DNA of 64,000 bases from Myxococcota bacterium (GCA_963676915.2 CAXXVK010000067.1:64001-128000); one strand, 5' to 3'; positions 27,602-37,486 are shown, counted from the stretch's first letter. The notes: generated by a model not told the origin, from the sequence alone. A program made the numbers and translations.

Positions 27602-29287
27602 TTACTCGCAGGGAAGGACTTCCTCCCGGATGCAGAGGTTGGGGGTGCCGTCGCAGTCTTCGTCTTCTTCGATGGTCTGGAGGTTACCCTCGTTGTCGTA
27701 CGTATAGGTTTTGCATTCGATCCAGTTTGCCTGGCCGGTGGGGTCGCTACGGGAGGATAGCGGTCGTCCGGTATCGTCACGGATTTCCTCGTAAGTATCG
27801 GGAGTTCCGTTGCAATCTTCGTCACAGGAAATCAGTTCTGCCGTTCCGTCTTCATTGACGTAAAATGTACCGCATTTTTCATCTTGAATGAAATTAACTT
27901 CACATTCTTCCTCGCTTAAGCCTTCGCAGTCTGTGTCGAGTCCCAATGTAAGGATCGTTCCATCTTCAGAGTACTGGTAAACGAAAAATACACCATAATT
28001 ACTGAATATTAATGGGCAATATGGCCCGTAAGCTTGTTCATTATAGAAGCTTGCATACAGACACGAGGAAATACCTAAACTGCAATCATTATTACCATGG
28101 CGTTTTGTAATAGTTAAGTCGTAATAAATTCGCAAAGATTTTGAAACTCCAGCAAAACAATAATCGGAATTGCCAAAGATGTATGGAAAATCAGTGTATC
28201 CATAGCTCTCACATTCGATTACCGTGCCGTCACAAAGCCTATCATTTTCCATTTGAATTATTCTGCCATTGCTGTCGTATTCATATGTGTAGCAGTATTC
28301 CCAATCGAAACCGTCACAATCTTGATCTAGCCGCTGACGAATTTTATTGCCAGATGTATTATATTCATATGCATAGCAATCTGTAGCCTCTTTGCATCCA
28401 CTGCTCTTTGTTAACACGTTGCCTTGGCCGTCATAAGTATATACTGTGGCATAATCGCATTTTCCATTGCAATCGGTGTCCTGAATAAATGCTCGTTTGT
28501 TGTTTAATGCGTCGTATTCCTGCCAATGACAATTGCTATCGGGGCTTCCATTGCAATCTTCGTCTTTGTAGCCATACAATGTATTTCTATCGTCATCGAA
28601 AACTCTATAGAGGCAATCCGTATCGTGGACTTCGCCGGTGTTCCATGGTTCGGAGGCGCAGTTCCTTTGTTCCTTGGGGTAACCATTTTCGTCGTAAAGC
28701 GTAATCTGGCATTCGTTGGTTTTCCCATCGCAATTGGTGTCAGAAGCGGTTAAAATTTGCCTGCCTTGTTCGTCGAAAGCCGCATGAGTGCATTTAATGG
28801 TACTTCCATTGCAGTCGGGATCTTCGTGGGTGTAAATCACGTTACCGGCGGCATCGTATTCCTTGACTTCACACTGGCTGCGAGTCGTATTGTTGCACTG
28901 AGCATCCTGGTAGCGTAGAACCCGTCGGGCACACACGCCTTCCGGTTGGGGCGATGGTGTGAAAATGGGGATTCCAATCTCCGACCAATCCCATTCCTGT
29001 TCTTGGTCGTTATCTCCATCTACTTGTTGAGATTCATCACTATCGGTAGGGTCTTCATCTCCTACAGTTTGCTGGGAGCCATCGCTGTCGGTATCCCCAT
29101 CCTGTGCGGTAGAGTCACTGTCCGCTGTGTAAAAAACACAGGTTCCGTTTTCGCAGATTCTTCCTTCACGACAATCGGTGTCTTTGGAGCATCCCGATCC
29201 ATCGGCGTCTTCGTCAGAGCACCCGATGAAAACGACAAAGAGCAGAAAGAGAACAAACAGAGTTGGTTTCCAGGACACATACTGCAT
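27602..29287 (-). CDS. Lipoprotein with Cys-stapled YD/RHS-like repeats
   Basis: Lipobox FIGC, CSKDTDCREGRICENGTC module and acidic linker. Tandem C-x4-YD-x-x-G[NR]-x6-D-x-[DN]-C-x-G repeats. Confidence 0.8.
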   Translation of the reverse strand: MQYVSWKPTLFVLFLLFVVFIGCSDEDADGSGCSKDTDCREGRICENGTCVFYTADSDSTAQDGDTDSDGSQQTVGDEDPTDSDESQQVDGDNDQEQEWDWSEIGIPIFTPSPQPEGVCARRVLRYQDAQCNNTTRSQCEVKEYDAAGNVIYTHEDPDCNGSTIKCTHAAFDEQGRQILTASDTNCDGKTNECQITLYDENGYPKEQRNCASEPWNTGEVHDTDCLYRVFDDDRNTLYGYKDEDCNGSPDSNCHWQEYDALNNKRAFIQDTDCNGKCDYATVYTYDGQGNVLTKSSGCKEATDCYAYEYNTSGNKIRQRLDQDCDGFDWEYCYTYEYDSNGRIIQMENDRLCDGTVIECESYGYTDFPYIFGNSDYCFAGVSKSLRIYYDLTITKRHGNNDCSLGISSCLYASFYNEQAYGPYCPLIFSNYGVFFVYQYSEDGTILTLGLDTDCEGLSEEECEVNFIQDEKCGTFYVNEDGTAELISCDEDCNGTPDTYEEIRDDTGRPLSSRSDPTGQANWIECKTYTYDNEGNLQTIEEDEDCDGTPNLCIREEVLPCE

Positions 29288-29398
29288 GGGGTTTCCTTCT
29301 CTATGTTGATGAAAACGGACAAAAACGGAGCAACGACAACAAGATGCGGATAGAGAAAGTGCGTTCGATTTGTTGTGTAACTCTCTTTTGAGGATTAA

Positions 29399-29427
29399 AT
29401 CCTAATACATAGAGAAGATGTATACAA
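29399..29427 (-). promoter_or_regulatory. Probable sigma70 promoter of the YD-like gene
   Basis: Minus strand TTGTAT-17 bp-TAGGAT. Confidence 0.45.
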
Positions 29428-29463
29428 CGTAAAGTTGAAGGAAATATTCTCTTTTGGCAGGAG

Positions 29464-29522
29464 TTTTCACGAAAAAACCGGAGCTAAAAAGCTCCGGTTC
29501 GGAATGGAAACAAACGGGTTTG
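29464..29522 (-). terminator. dnaK terminator = 59-bp direct repeat copy 2
   Basis: Perfect aaccggagc/gctccggtt stem with a U tract on the minus strand. The repeat begins about 8 bp after the dnaK stop. Confidence 0.9.
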
Positions 29523-29530
29523 GAGAACGT

Positions 29531-31363
29531 TTACTCCATGCCTTCTTCGGCCGCCTTGGAGGCTTCTTCGTACATGATGTCGGCGATCTTGTGGGAAGCG
29601 TTGGTCAACTCGATGAAACATTGTTTTGTTTCCTCGATGTCGCTTCCTTGAAGGGCTTTTTTCAGTGCGGCGATACCGATGTTGATGTCCTGCTTGTCGG
29701 ATTCGGGAATCAGGTCCGAATATTCCTGCAAAGCGCGCCCGGTGGTGTACAGCAGGGTGTCCGCTTCGTTGCGTAACTCGGCGACCGACCGCTTGTAGGC
29801 GTCGTCCTCGCGGGAGGCTTCAGCGCTCATGATGATGTCTTCGATGGCATCTTCGCTCAGACCGCTCGACGGTGTGACGCGCACTTCCTGGGCACGACCG
29901 GTGCCGAGGTCGCGGGCGGAAACGCTCAGGATGCCGTTGGCGTCGATCGCGAAGGTTACTTCGATTTGCGGTACGCCACGTGGTGCGGGCGGAATACCGA
30001 GCAACTCGAAGCGGGCCAGAGATTTGTTGTCCGAGGCCATTTCGCGTTCACCCTGAAGGACGTGCACCGAGACCGCCGGTTGGTTGTCCATCGCGGTCGA
30101 GAACACCTGGCTTCGTGTGACAGGAACCGTGGTGTTGCGTTCGATCAACTTGGTGAACACGCCACCCAACGTTTCGATACCGAGAGACAACGGGCAGACG
30201 TCGAGCAGCAACACGTCCTGCATGTCTCCGGAAAGCACGCTTCCCTGAATCGCGGCGCCGATGGCGACCACTTCGTCCGGGTTGACGCCCTTGAACGGTG
30301 CTTTACCGAAGAATTCCTCGACCGTGGCCTGGATCTTCGGGATGCGGGTCATACCGCCGACGAGGATTACGTTGCTGATATCGGTTTTCTGTACTCCGGC
30401 ATCTTGCAGCGCCATGCGGCAGGGTTCGATCGTCGCTTCGATCAGATCCCCCACCAACTCCTCGAATTTTCCCCGGGAAAGTTTGGCGTTGAAGTGCTTC
30501 GGACCGGTGGCGTCGGCGGAAATGAACGGCAGGTTGATGTCGGTTTCCAAGGTGCTGGACAACTCGATCTTGGCTTTTTCGGAGGCTTCTTTGAGTCTCT
30601 GAAGGGCCATGCGATCTTCCCGCAGGTCGATGTCGTGCTCTTCCTGGAACTGGTCGGCCATCCAATCGATGATGCGCTTGTCGAAGTCTTCGCCACCGAG
30701 GAAGGTATCGCCGTTGGTGCTGTTGACGTGGAACACGCCGTCACCGATTTCCAGGATGGAGATATCAAAGGTGCCGCCGCCCAAGTCGTAGACCGCGATC
30801 CGTTCGTTTTTCTCTTTATCCAGACCGTAGGCCAGGGCTGCCGCCGTAGGTTCGTTGATAATCCGCAGGACGTTCAACCCGGCGATTTTCCCGGCGTCTT
30901 TCGTCGCCTGGCGCTGGGAGTCGTCGAAGTATGCAGGCGTCGTGATCACGGCGTCTGTGACTTCCTCGCCAAGGTAATCTTCCGCCGTCTGCTTCATTTT
31001 TTGCAGAATCATGGCGGAAACCTCGGGCGGCGAAAGCTTTTTGCCTTGAACCTCGACCCAGGCGTCCTGATTGTCGGCGGGAACGATGCGGTACGATGAG
31101 GTTTCCAAAGCTTTTTGGATTTCATCGGAGCCGAATTTCCGGCCAATCAACCGTTTCACGGAATAAATGGTGCTTTCGGGATTCGTCACGGCTTGCCGTT
31201 TGGCAACCTGCCCCACCATGCGTTCCCCACTATCTTGGAAAGCCACGATGGATGGTGTCGTCCGCGCTCCTTCGGAGTTGGGAACGACAACCGCATCCGT
31301 GCCCTCGAAGATCGCCACACAGGAGTTGGTCGTACCGAGATCGATTCCAATTATCTTGGACAT
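29531..31363 (-). CDS. dnaK: Hsp70 chaperone DnaK
   Basis: [51 protein letters not shown] and GVPQIEVTF. Confidence 0.97.
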   Translation of the reverse strand: MSKIIGIDLGTTNSCVAIFEGTDAVVVPNSEGARTTPSIVAFQDSGERMVGQVAKRQAVTNPESTIYSVKRLIGRKFGSDEIQKALETSSYRIVPADNQDAWVEVQGKKLSPPEVSAMILQKMKQTAEDYLGEEVTDAVITTPAYFDDSQRQATKDAGKIAGLNVLRIINEPTAAALAYGLDKEKNERIAVYDLGGGTFDISILEIGDGVFHVNSTNGDTFLGGEDFDKRIIDWMADQFQEEHDIDLREDRMALQRLKEASEKAKIELSSTLETDINLPFISADATGPKHFNAKLSRGKFEELVGDLIEATIEPCRMALQDAGVQKTDISNVILVGGMTRIPKIQATVEEFFGKAPFKGVNPDEVVAIGAAIQGSVLSGDMQDVLLLDVCPLSLGIETLGGVFTKLIERNTTVPVTRSQVFSTAMDNQPAVSVHVLQGEREMASDNKSLARFELLGIPPAPRGVPQIEVTFAIDANGILSVSARDLGTGRAQEVRVTPSSGLSEDAIEDIIMSAEASREDDAYKRSVAELRNEADTLLYTTGRALQEYSDLIPESDKQDINIGIAALKKALQGSDIEETKQCFIELTNASHKIADIMYEEASKAAEEGME

Positions 31364-31525
31364 GTTATGCCCCCCTTTATCGATTTACCGATTGAGTTCG
31401 ATCGCTCAATGGTTTCTGCTGTTCTTTTTGAAACAAACTAGTAACATATAGAATCATTTTACCATAATCCTAGTTGAAAATCGTACCCAAGTAAAAAAAA
31501 TAATCGTTTTTTTTACTTAAAACCG

Positions 31526-32635
31526 TCATTCATTCTTGTCTGCTTCTGACATGTTTTCCGTTGAGTTCTCCTGGCTTCCATGAATATCGCTATCGTCCGT
31601 TTCCCGATCTTCTTCAGTTTCGGGCGTTTTTTCCGGGGCGGTCCTTTTCGAAACGATGACCAACGAGGGCCGCAACAGCTTGCTGTCGATCATATATCCT
31701 TTTTGAAAGACTTCAAGCACGGTGTTGGATGGGACATCGTTGTTAACGTAGACATCCATCGCTTCGTGCACGTTCGGATCGAAGGGAAGGTTCAGGGCTT
31801 CGACCGGAACGACGTTTCGGTTTTTAAGAATTTCGTTGAACTGGTTGAGAATCAACCGAAGCCCTTGCACGATACTGTCTTTTTCACCTTCTTCTTTTTC
31901 AGCGTTGAATAAGGCTCGCTCGAGATTATCGAGTACCGGCAAAAACTGTTTGAGTAAATTGTTGTGGAATTCGTCGAGCGCACGTTTTTTGTCGGTTTCG
32001 ATGCGTCCACGATAAGAAAGATATTCTTTTCGAACGTTCGATAAGGCGTATTCGAGGTCTTCAATGCGTTTATTGGCCTCTTCCTCTTTCTTCTTTGCCT
32101 CCATCTCCTGTTTGCGTACGGCAGGGAGTTTGTGCCGCGGCATTCCGCGAAGCTGACTCGCCGGGATTTTGGAGGATTCAGGCAGCGAAGAAAGCTTTTC
32201 GTCCAGATCTTCGTCTTCGAACAGATCGTTGAGGCTGTCCAAAGCGTTTGGATCGACTTCCAACCCCGCGCTTTCCTTGTATTTTTTCGCCCGGTCGCCA
32301 CCAAGTGCATCTTCCATGATGCCGGCAAGAGAGATTTCAACTTCTTCATCGTCGTCTTCATCGATAGATTCGGATTCCTCGTCTTCGATTTCGATGAAGA
32401 ATTCTTCTTCCTCGTCAGCTTTGGCTTCTGATGCTTCTTGTTCCGGGTCGGTTTCTTCGGAAATATCCGTTTCTTGTTCTTCCGATTCGTCGGACTCCGA
32501 CGGAGGGGGGGCTTTTGGCTTTTTGGGGCGATTCACGCTTTCCAAGGCATCTTCGAACGCACTGGATAGATCTTCTCCCAGGTCGAATTCTTCTTCCAGA
32601 TCCCCCAGATCGATCACATTTTTGCGTGGCGTCAC
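31526..32635 (-). CDS. grpE: Nucleotide exchange factor GrpE with long acidic N-terminal extension
   Basis: LPVLDNLERAL, FDPNVHEAM and QKGY...LLRPSLVIVSK. GTG 32635 is preceded by GGAGG. Directly upstream of dnaK. Confidence 0.9.
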   Translation of the reverse strand: MTPRKNVIDLGDLEEEFDLGEDLSSAFEDALESVNRPKKPKAPPPSESDESEEQETDISEETDPEQEASEAKADEEEEFFIEIEDEESESIDEDDDEEVEISLAGIMEDALGGDRAKKYKESAGLEVDPNALDSLNDLFEDEDLDEKLSSLPESSKIPASQLRGMPRHKLPAVRKQEMEAKKKEEEANKRIEDLEYALSNVRKEYLSYRGRIETDKKRALDEFHNNLLKQFLPVLDNLERALFNAEKEEGEKDSIVQGLRLILNQFNEILKNRNVVPVEALNLPFDPNVHEAMDVYVNNDVPSNTVLEVFQKGYMIDSKLLRPSLVIVSKRTAPEKTPETEEDRETDDSDIHGSQENSTENMSEADKNE

Positions 32636-32787
32636 GTTGGACCTCCCAGAACGTGCCAAGCGCGAATAAAAACTATCATTTCAGGTAGGACGATCCATCG
32701 TCAAAAAATTGACGAAAAAAGAACATTTCGTTCCATAAAAAATCGCAATACCATCGTTATGAAAAGTACGTCCAATCAGTGTAATAA

Positions 32788-32816
32788 ATTATCGCATTAA
32801 TTTGTGCCTATGTCAA
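32788..32816 (-). promoter_or_regulatory. Sigma70 promoter of grpE-dnaK
   Basis: Minus strand TTGACA-17 bp-GATAAT with a TG extended -10. Confidence 0.65.
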
Positions 32817-32918
32817 ATAAATTACCAAAAAATGAATATTGTAAGTGCTTGTTTTTTTTAGCAATCCTTTGTGCCATGATGAGAACCTTCTAAAAAAACA
32901 TCGTCAACGTTTCCATGG

Positions 32919-34001
32919 TCAGATTTCATTGTAAAAACGGCTCTCGAAATAGTGCTGTTCGAAGCGTTTCCATAATATCGCAAGAATGCTCGCCATTGGG
33001 ACCGCCAGCAGAATTCCTGCAAAACCCATAATATGTCCGAAAAGAAGCAGGGCAATCAGTACCCAAACCGAACTAAGCCCCACCTGATTGCCCAGCACAA
33101 GCGGTACCACAACCCAGCCTTCCAGGAAATTCACCACGCCGATGGTGATTCCCATGCCGAGCAGCGCTCCCCATCCCTGCCAATTGAGCAATAAAACCAA
33201 CAACGACAGAACGATGGCCGAAATCCAGCCGACGAACGGCATGAACGAACTGATTCCGGCGATAATTCCTATCGGTAGAGCCATGGGAACACCGGAAATG
33301 GCCAGTCCCAAGGAATATAGCCCGGCAAGGATCGTGCAAACCAACAACTGTCCCCGAATGAAATGGGACATCTTATCATCGATCTCGTGGTACAGACCAC
33401 GAGCAAAGGACTGATATCGTTTGGGAATTCTAAAAATAACCCAGGCTTTGATCCGGTCGAAATCGATCAGGAAAAAAATCGAGAAAATTCCAACCAATAC
33501 GGCTTGGAACATCAGCCCGAACACGCCGACGGTGTTCATCATCGTGGAAACGGCCTGTTTGTAGACCTTCGTCAGTTCTTCGCCTCCGACCGCTCCGGCC
33601 AGCAACGTCAGTTTTTCGCGGAACAGGAGTTGAACGTCTGCGAAATCCTTGCCGGTCCATTCTTCGAGTTTGGGCAAAAGCCAGTGTTGCGTTTTATCGA
33701 TCATATTGGGCAGACGGCGCTGGAACGACGAAACCTGATCCACCATGGCGGGGACGATCAGCAGCACCAGAATCGCCAAAGCCAAAAGGAGTCCGGCAAG
33801 CAAAACGAGAATCGCCGGGATACGTCCAAGCTTTTTCGATTCAAGGTAGTCTACGATAGGATCGAGTACGTAGGCGATGAGAAAAGCGATGAGAATGGGA
33901 AGCAGCGCTTCGGCGAGCAGGATCACAAACAGGGAAAGCAGAATCGTTCCGATCAGAATCCATGTTTCCGGACGAGCGAACCATCGGCGCAGGTGTGTCA
34001 T
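32919..34001 (-). CDS. AI-2E family transporter
   Basis: IAYVLDPIV, FIRGQLL, SFMPFVG and LFGHIMGFAGILLAVP. Confidence 0.9.
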   Translation of the reverse strand: MTHLRRWFARPETWILIGTILLSLFVILLAEALLPILIAFLIAYVLDPIVDYLESKKLGRIPAILVLLAGLLLALAILVLLIVPAMVDQVSSFQRRLPNMIDKTQHWLLPKLEEWTGKDFADVQLLFREKLTLLAGAVGGEELTKVYKQAVSTMMNTVGVFGLMFQAVLVGIFSIFFLIDFDRIKAWVIFRIPKRYQSFARGLYHEIDDKMSHFIRGQLLVCTILAGLYSLGLAISGVPMALPIGIIAGISSFMPFVGWISAIVLSLLVLLLNWQGWGALLGMGITIGVVNFLEGWVVVPLVLGNQVGLSSVWVLIALLLFGHIMGFAGILLAVPMASILAILWKRFEQHYFESRFYNEI

Positions 34002-34159
34002 GACGATTTGGTTTCCTCATCGGTTGCGGGCGGATCGGCTGGAATACGAAACAGGCGGCAAATCGCCGCACCGATCCCGCGAGAAACCAGTTTCGCATTG
34101 GAGAAACCGAATATCAGAAAGCAAATCACGAGAATGATTGCGATTTCCATCGAATTCAA
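33998..34159 (-). CDS. Small TatA/TatE-like membrane protein (not in the ORF track)
   Basis: AAGGAGG-6 nt-TTG start (alternative ATG 34150). Translates as MNSMEIAIILVICFLIFGFSNAKLVSRGIGAAICRLFRIPADPPATDEETKSS. Its stop overlaps the AI-2E start (ATGA). Confidence 0.6.
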   Translation of the reverse strand: MNSMEIAIILVICFLIFGFSNAKLVSRGIGAAICRLFRIPADPPATDEETKSS

Positions 34160-34261
34160 CAGACGCCTCCTTGTTCCGTCGGGAGAATCAGTCCATCGGT
34201 TGTCCGATACTTTGGGATTCTTGTCAAGTCTTGATAAGCTTAGAACAATTTTTCCCGGAAC

Positions 34262-37200
34262 TTACGAATTTGTCGGTGGATTGACGGGCAACGGAGTCAA
34301 CTCTTCATCGCCGAATAATTCCAGGTATCCGGGTTGTGCGCCGAAACATCGGTCGAACAGTCTGCATCCACGGCAACGCTCGGTCTTTTTTCCCAAGTCC
34401 AGAGAGCCTTTTTCGAGACGAAACGTCGAGGTTGGTGTGGCGACCAATGCGTTTTCTTCGAGGGGGTGCCAGACGGCGGCTTCTTCATCCGGGAGAAAAC
34501 AGTAGGGAATGTAGTAGGATCGGACGACGAAATCGTCTCCGAGGGTTCGTGCTGCCTGCAAGGCTTTTTGCACGGCCAACGCCGCCTCCGGGTAGCGAGG
34601 CACCAATTCCTCGGCACGAGATGCGGCCCGGCCTTCGGCAGCGATCATCCAGAGATTGAAGAATTGTACGCCCATGGAACCGAAAAGGGAAACGAGCCGT
34701 CCCAGGCCCGGCAACGTCGGGGTACAGAGAAGCACGTCGAGCTCCAAACGCAAATCCGGTTGAAAAGCGTTGGCTAACGTCACCGAACGTTTGGCTTTTG
34801 CGAAACTCCCCGGACTGTTTGTCAGTGCATCGTGAATCTCGGCCGTATCGCCTCGAACCGAAATGTTGAGTTTGTTCAAACCGTTATCCACGAGTTCGTG
34901 AAGATATTCCCTGTCGGCGGTTCGTTGTCCGTTGGTTTGGACTCCGATGGTTTCGAATCCCAAAGAGGCGGCGTAGTCGATCAGTTGGGGGAGATCGTCG
35001 CGTTCGGTGGGTTCCCCGCCCCCTAGTCGCAGGTCGCTGGGATCGTAGAGCATCGCGCGGCGGATTTTTTCTTTTGCCGCGTCGGTGGTCAAAACTTCCT
35101 GTTGCAGTTCGTCCGGGACCGCACAGAAGACGCAGCCCATCGAACAGGCATAGCCTGGAATCAGGTCCAACAGTTTGACTTTCCAGGAGTTTTCCCCGTT
35201 TTCTTGTTCTTCGAGGGGAGAATAATCCCAAAATCCCTGGCATAGGCTGTCGTAGCGGCAGTTGTCGCAAAGACCGTTTTTGAATCGCCGTTCGGCGAGG
35301 TAATCGGCCAGATTGACGTGCTCGCCCGTTACGAAACGCATGGTGCGCACCGTTTTATAAAAATCCTGGAGAGCGTAGGACTCGTAGCCCTCCAATAGAC
35401 AAAACGGTAGGTTGACAACGTGAATCTTAAGGGATTCCGGGGAGTTGTCGATAGTTTTACGAACCTGTTGCGCCGTTTCCCAGGGATCGGCGGCAAACGC
35501 GGCGTCGATGTGACCGAATGGCGTATAGTATTGGATATTGAACGTATCGGCTCCAAGACGTGCCGCGAGACGACCCATGGCGGGAATCTGCTCTACATTG
35601 TCGGATACCACCGTCATGTTCACGCCCACTCGCTCGAAGCGTTTGCGGACGCGGACGATCCCGGCTACCGTTTGTTTCCATGCACCTGGAACCCGTACCA
35701 GCGAATCGTGGATTTCGGCTTCGGCTCCATGGAGCGAAACGAGGATGTCGAGCGGGTATCCTGCCAGTCGATCGAGGAATTCCGGCTCGTTGAATCGTCT
35801 CCCGTTGCTGGTGATGGTTACACGGTTGTACCCGGTTTCAAGGGCTGCATCCAGCAATTCGAAAAGGTGGGGATAAAGTGTCGGTTCCCCACCGTCGAGA
35901 TCCAGGTTGCGTACTCCGCGTTCGTAGGCTTGTTCCAGGGAGGCGACGAGTTCCGACAGCGGAGCGTCTTTGCGTTCCCTATCGGCGACGGAACAGAAAC
36001 GGCAGTTGTTGTTGCAGCGATAACTTACGTTCAGGATTAGTTTTTCCTGGTCGTTTCCACGGGTACGGAGCCGGAAGTTGTCGCGGGTTTCGGCGAGTGT
36101 ATCCACGTCCAAAGGGCCATAAGCCGTGACAGGTCGTTCCTGCATGGCCTGCATGAGGTCGTATTCGGGCTCGAAATCGAACGCCTCGGGTGGCAGGGCG
36201 AATTCCACTTCGGGTTCAATGTTGTAGATTGAAGCGGCCTGAGCCAGCACCCGGAGCCAGACGTTGATTTCCGGTTGTCCGTCCGGTTCGTGTCCGATAT
36301 CGGAAACGAGCACTTTTTCACCTTTTTGTGCGCACATGCGCAGCAAACCGGCTTCGAACCACTGAGGAAAGCGGTCGTCGGTCAAGAAAGAATTCCAGCC
36401 TTCGGGAAAACCGGGTTTCAAAGCAACTCTGAACGGTTCCGCAATGTTGGAAACCGGTGGCAAAACATCATCGGTTACGAGTTCGAACGGCAATGGATGA
36501 GCGAAGCGTACGTGCAGTTCCGCTTCGTTGACCAGTTCCATGAAGGCACGCAAGCGGTTATGGTCTTCAGTGCCGAAACGGTCCATCACCCAAAGTGTGT
36601 CGATGCCTAGTTTACGGTATTCACCCAAACGGAACCAGGCGCGGTCGTAGTCGAAATCCGTCGAAGAAGGGCAGACCAGACAGGGGAAAGCCCGTTCGTC
36701 TTTTTGACCGCTCAACCAGCCTTCATGACGAGCTTGAGAGAATAATTCACAATACGTTTCAACAAGTTCCGGGTCCAGGCGAGGTGGTTTTTCTTCGGAA
36801 GCTATGGAACCGCCGACCAGTTGCGCTTTCGAACCTATGCGCGATACCAGGCCGGGAGGTGCCAGACCTTCGCAGACCTGCAACAGTCCTTTCGCGGTGG
36901 CGTCCATCAACAGGCTTTCGACTTCGGGCAGACGGTCGAGCAACAAGAGCGGATCGAAACTTGTCGGATAGGGACCGGGACAGGATGGATCGAAAATGTG
37001 GATGCGAGTTCCCGCGTACGAAATGCGATGAATCAGTGTTTCGAGGCGTTCCAGCAGTCCCGGTTTCAGTCGATCAACCTTGCTGAAATGGATCAACGCG
37101 ATTTCGGCTCCCGAATCGATCACCTTTGCCGCTACCGTTTCAGGGTCCGCACCGAGCAAAAAGCCGTCTTCGGTTTCACGTACCAGCGGACCCAGGCGAA

Positions 37201-37351
37201 GGGCATCGATCAATACGGCTTCCGTTTCATGGGCGAGATGCGCCACGGCGTCGAGACAAGGAAAGACATCGAGGATGCCGTTTTGGATCATCCCCCGATG
37301 AACGGAGGCGGTAGGATGTACGATCGCGATTCGGGTCATCTGAGTTTCCAT
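34262..37351 (-). CDS. Multidomain radical SAM protein (degenerate B12-type module + two radical SAM domains)
   Basis: CNNNCRFC + DGGEPT + TSNGRR + LPFC + CDNCRYDSLCQG. Second domain CSMGCVFC + GGGEPT + QTNGQR + IPYC + CRGCRLFDRCFG. The N-terminal ~430 aa lack a CxxxCxxC motif. Confidence 0.88.
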   Translation of the reverse strand: METQMTRIAIVHPTASVHRGMIQNGILDVFPCLDAVAHLAHETEAVLIDALRLGPLVRETEDGFLLGADPETVAAKVIDSGAEIALIHFSKVDRLKPGLLERLETLIHRISYAGTRIHIFDPSCPGPYPTSFDPLLLLDRLPEVESLLMDATAKGLLQVCEGLAPPGLVSRIGSKAQLVGGSIASEEKPPRLDPELVETYCELFSQARHEGWLSGQKDERAFPCLVCPSSTDFDYDRAWFRLGEYRKLGIDTLWVMDRFGTEDHNRLRAFMELVNEAELHVRFAHPLPFELVTDDVLPPVSNIAEPFRVALKPGFPEGWNSFLTDDRFPQWFEAGLLRMCAQKGEKVLVSDIGHEPDGQPEINVWLRVLAQAASIYNIEPEVEFALPPEAFDFEPEYDLMQAMQERPVTAYGPLDVDTLAETRDNFRLRTRGNDQEKLILNVSYRCNNNCRFCSVADRERKDAPLSELVASLEQAYERGVRNLDLDGGEPTLYPHLFELLDAALETGYNRVTITSNGRRFNEPEFLDRLAGYPLDILVSLHGAEAEIHDSLVRVPGAWKQTVAGIVRVRKRFERVGVNMTVVSDNVEQIPAMGRLAARLGADTFNIQYYTPFGHIDAAFAADPWETAQQVRKTIDNSPESLKIHVVNLPFCLLEGYESYALQDFYKTVRTMRFVTGEHVNLADYLAERRFKNGLCDNCRYDSLCQGFWDYSPLEEQENGENSWKVKLLDLIPGYACSMGCVFCAVPDELQQEVLTTDAAKEKIRRAMLYDPSDLRLGGGEPTERDDLPQLIDYAASLGFETIGVQTNGQRTADREYLHELVDNGLNKLNISVRGDTAEIHDALTNSPGSFAKAKRSVTLANAFQPDLRLELDVLLCTPTLPGLGRLVSLFGSMGVQFFNLWMIAAEGRAASRAEELVPRYPEAALAVQKALQAARTLGDDFVVRSYYIPYCFLPDEEAAVWHPLEENALVATPTSTFRLEKGSLDLGKKTERCRGCRLFDRCFGAQPGYLELFGDEELTPLPVNPPTNS

Positions 37352-37486
37352 CGCGTCAGTTGCAATAAAACCAAGCTAGCTCCGCCAAAAGCCAAAGTCA
37401 AAGGCGGACATCATACGAAGCCGGTTTTTCGCAAAAACGTTTCTTTTAAAGATGGATGCACCGAACTTGGAATAAAAAGGTACAAA

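Noticed and set aside
27602-29287. Rhs polymorphic toxin
   Set aside because: It is short and lipoprotein-anchored, with no canonical Rhs core end, toxin tip or immunity gene.
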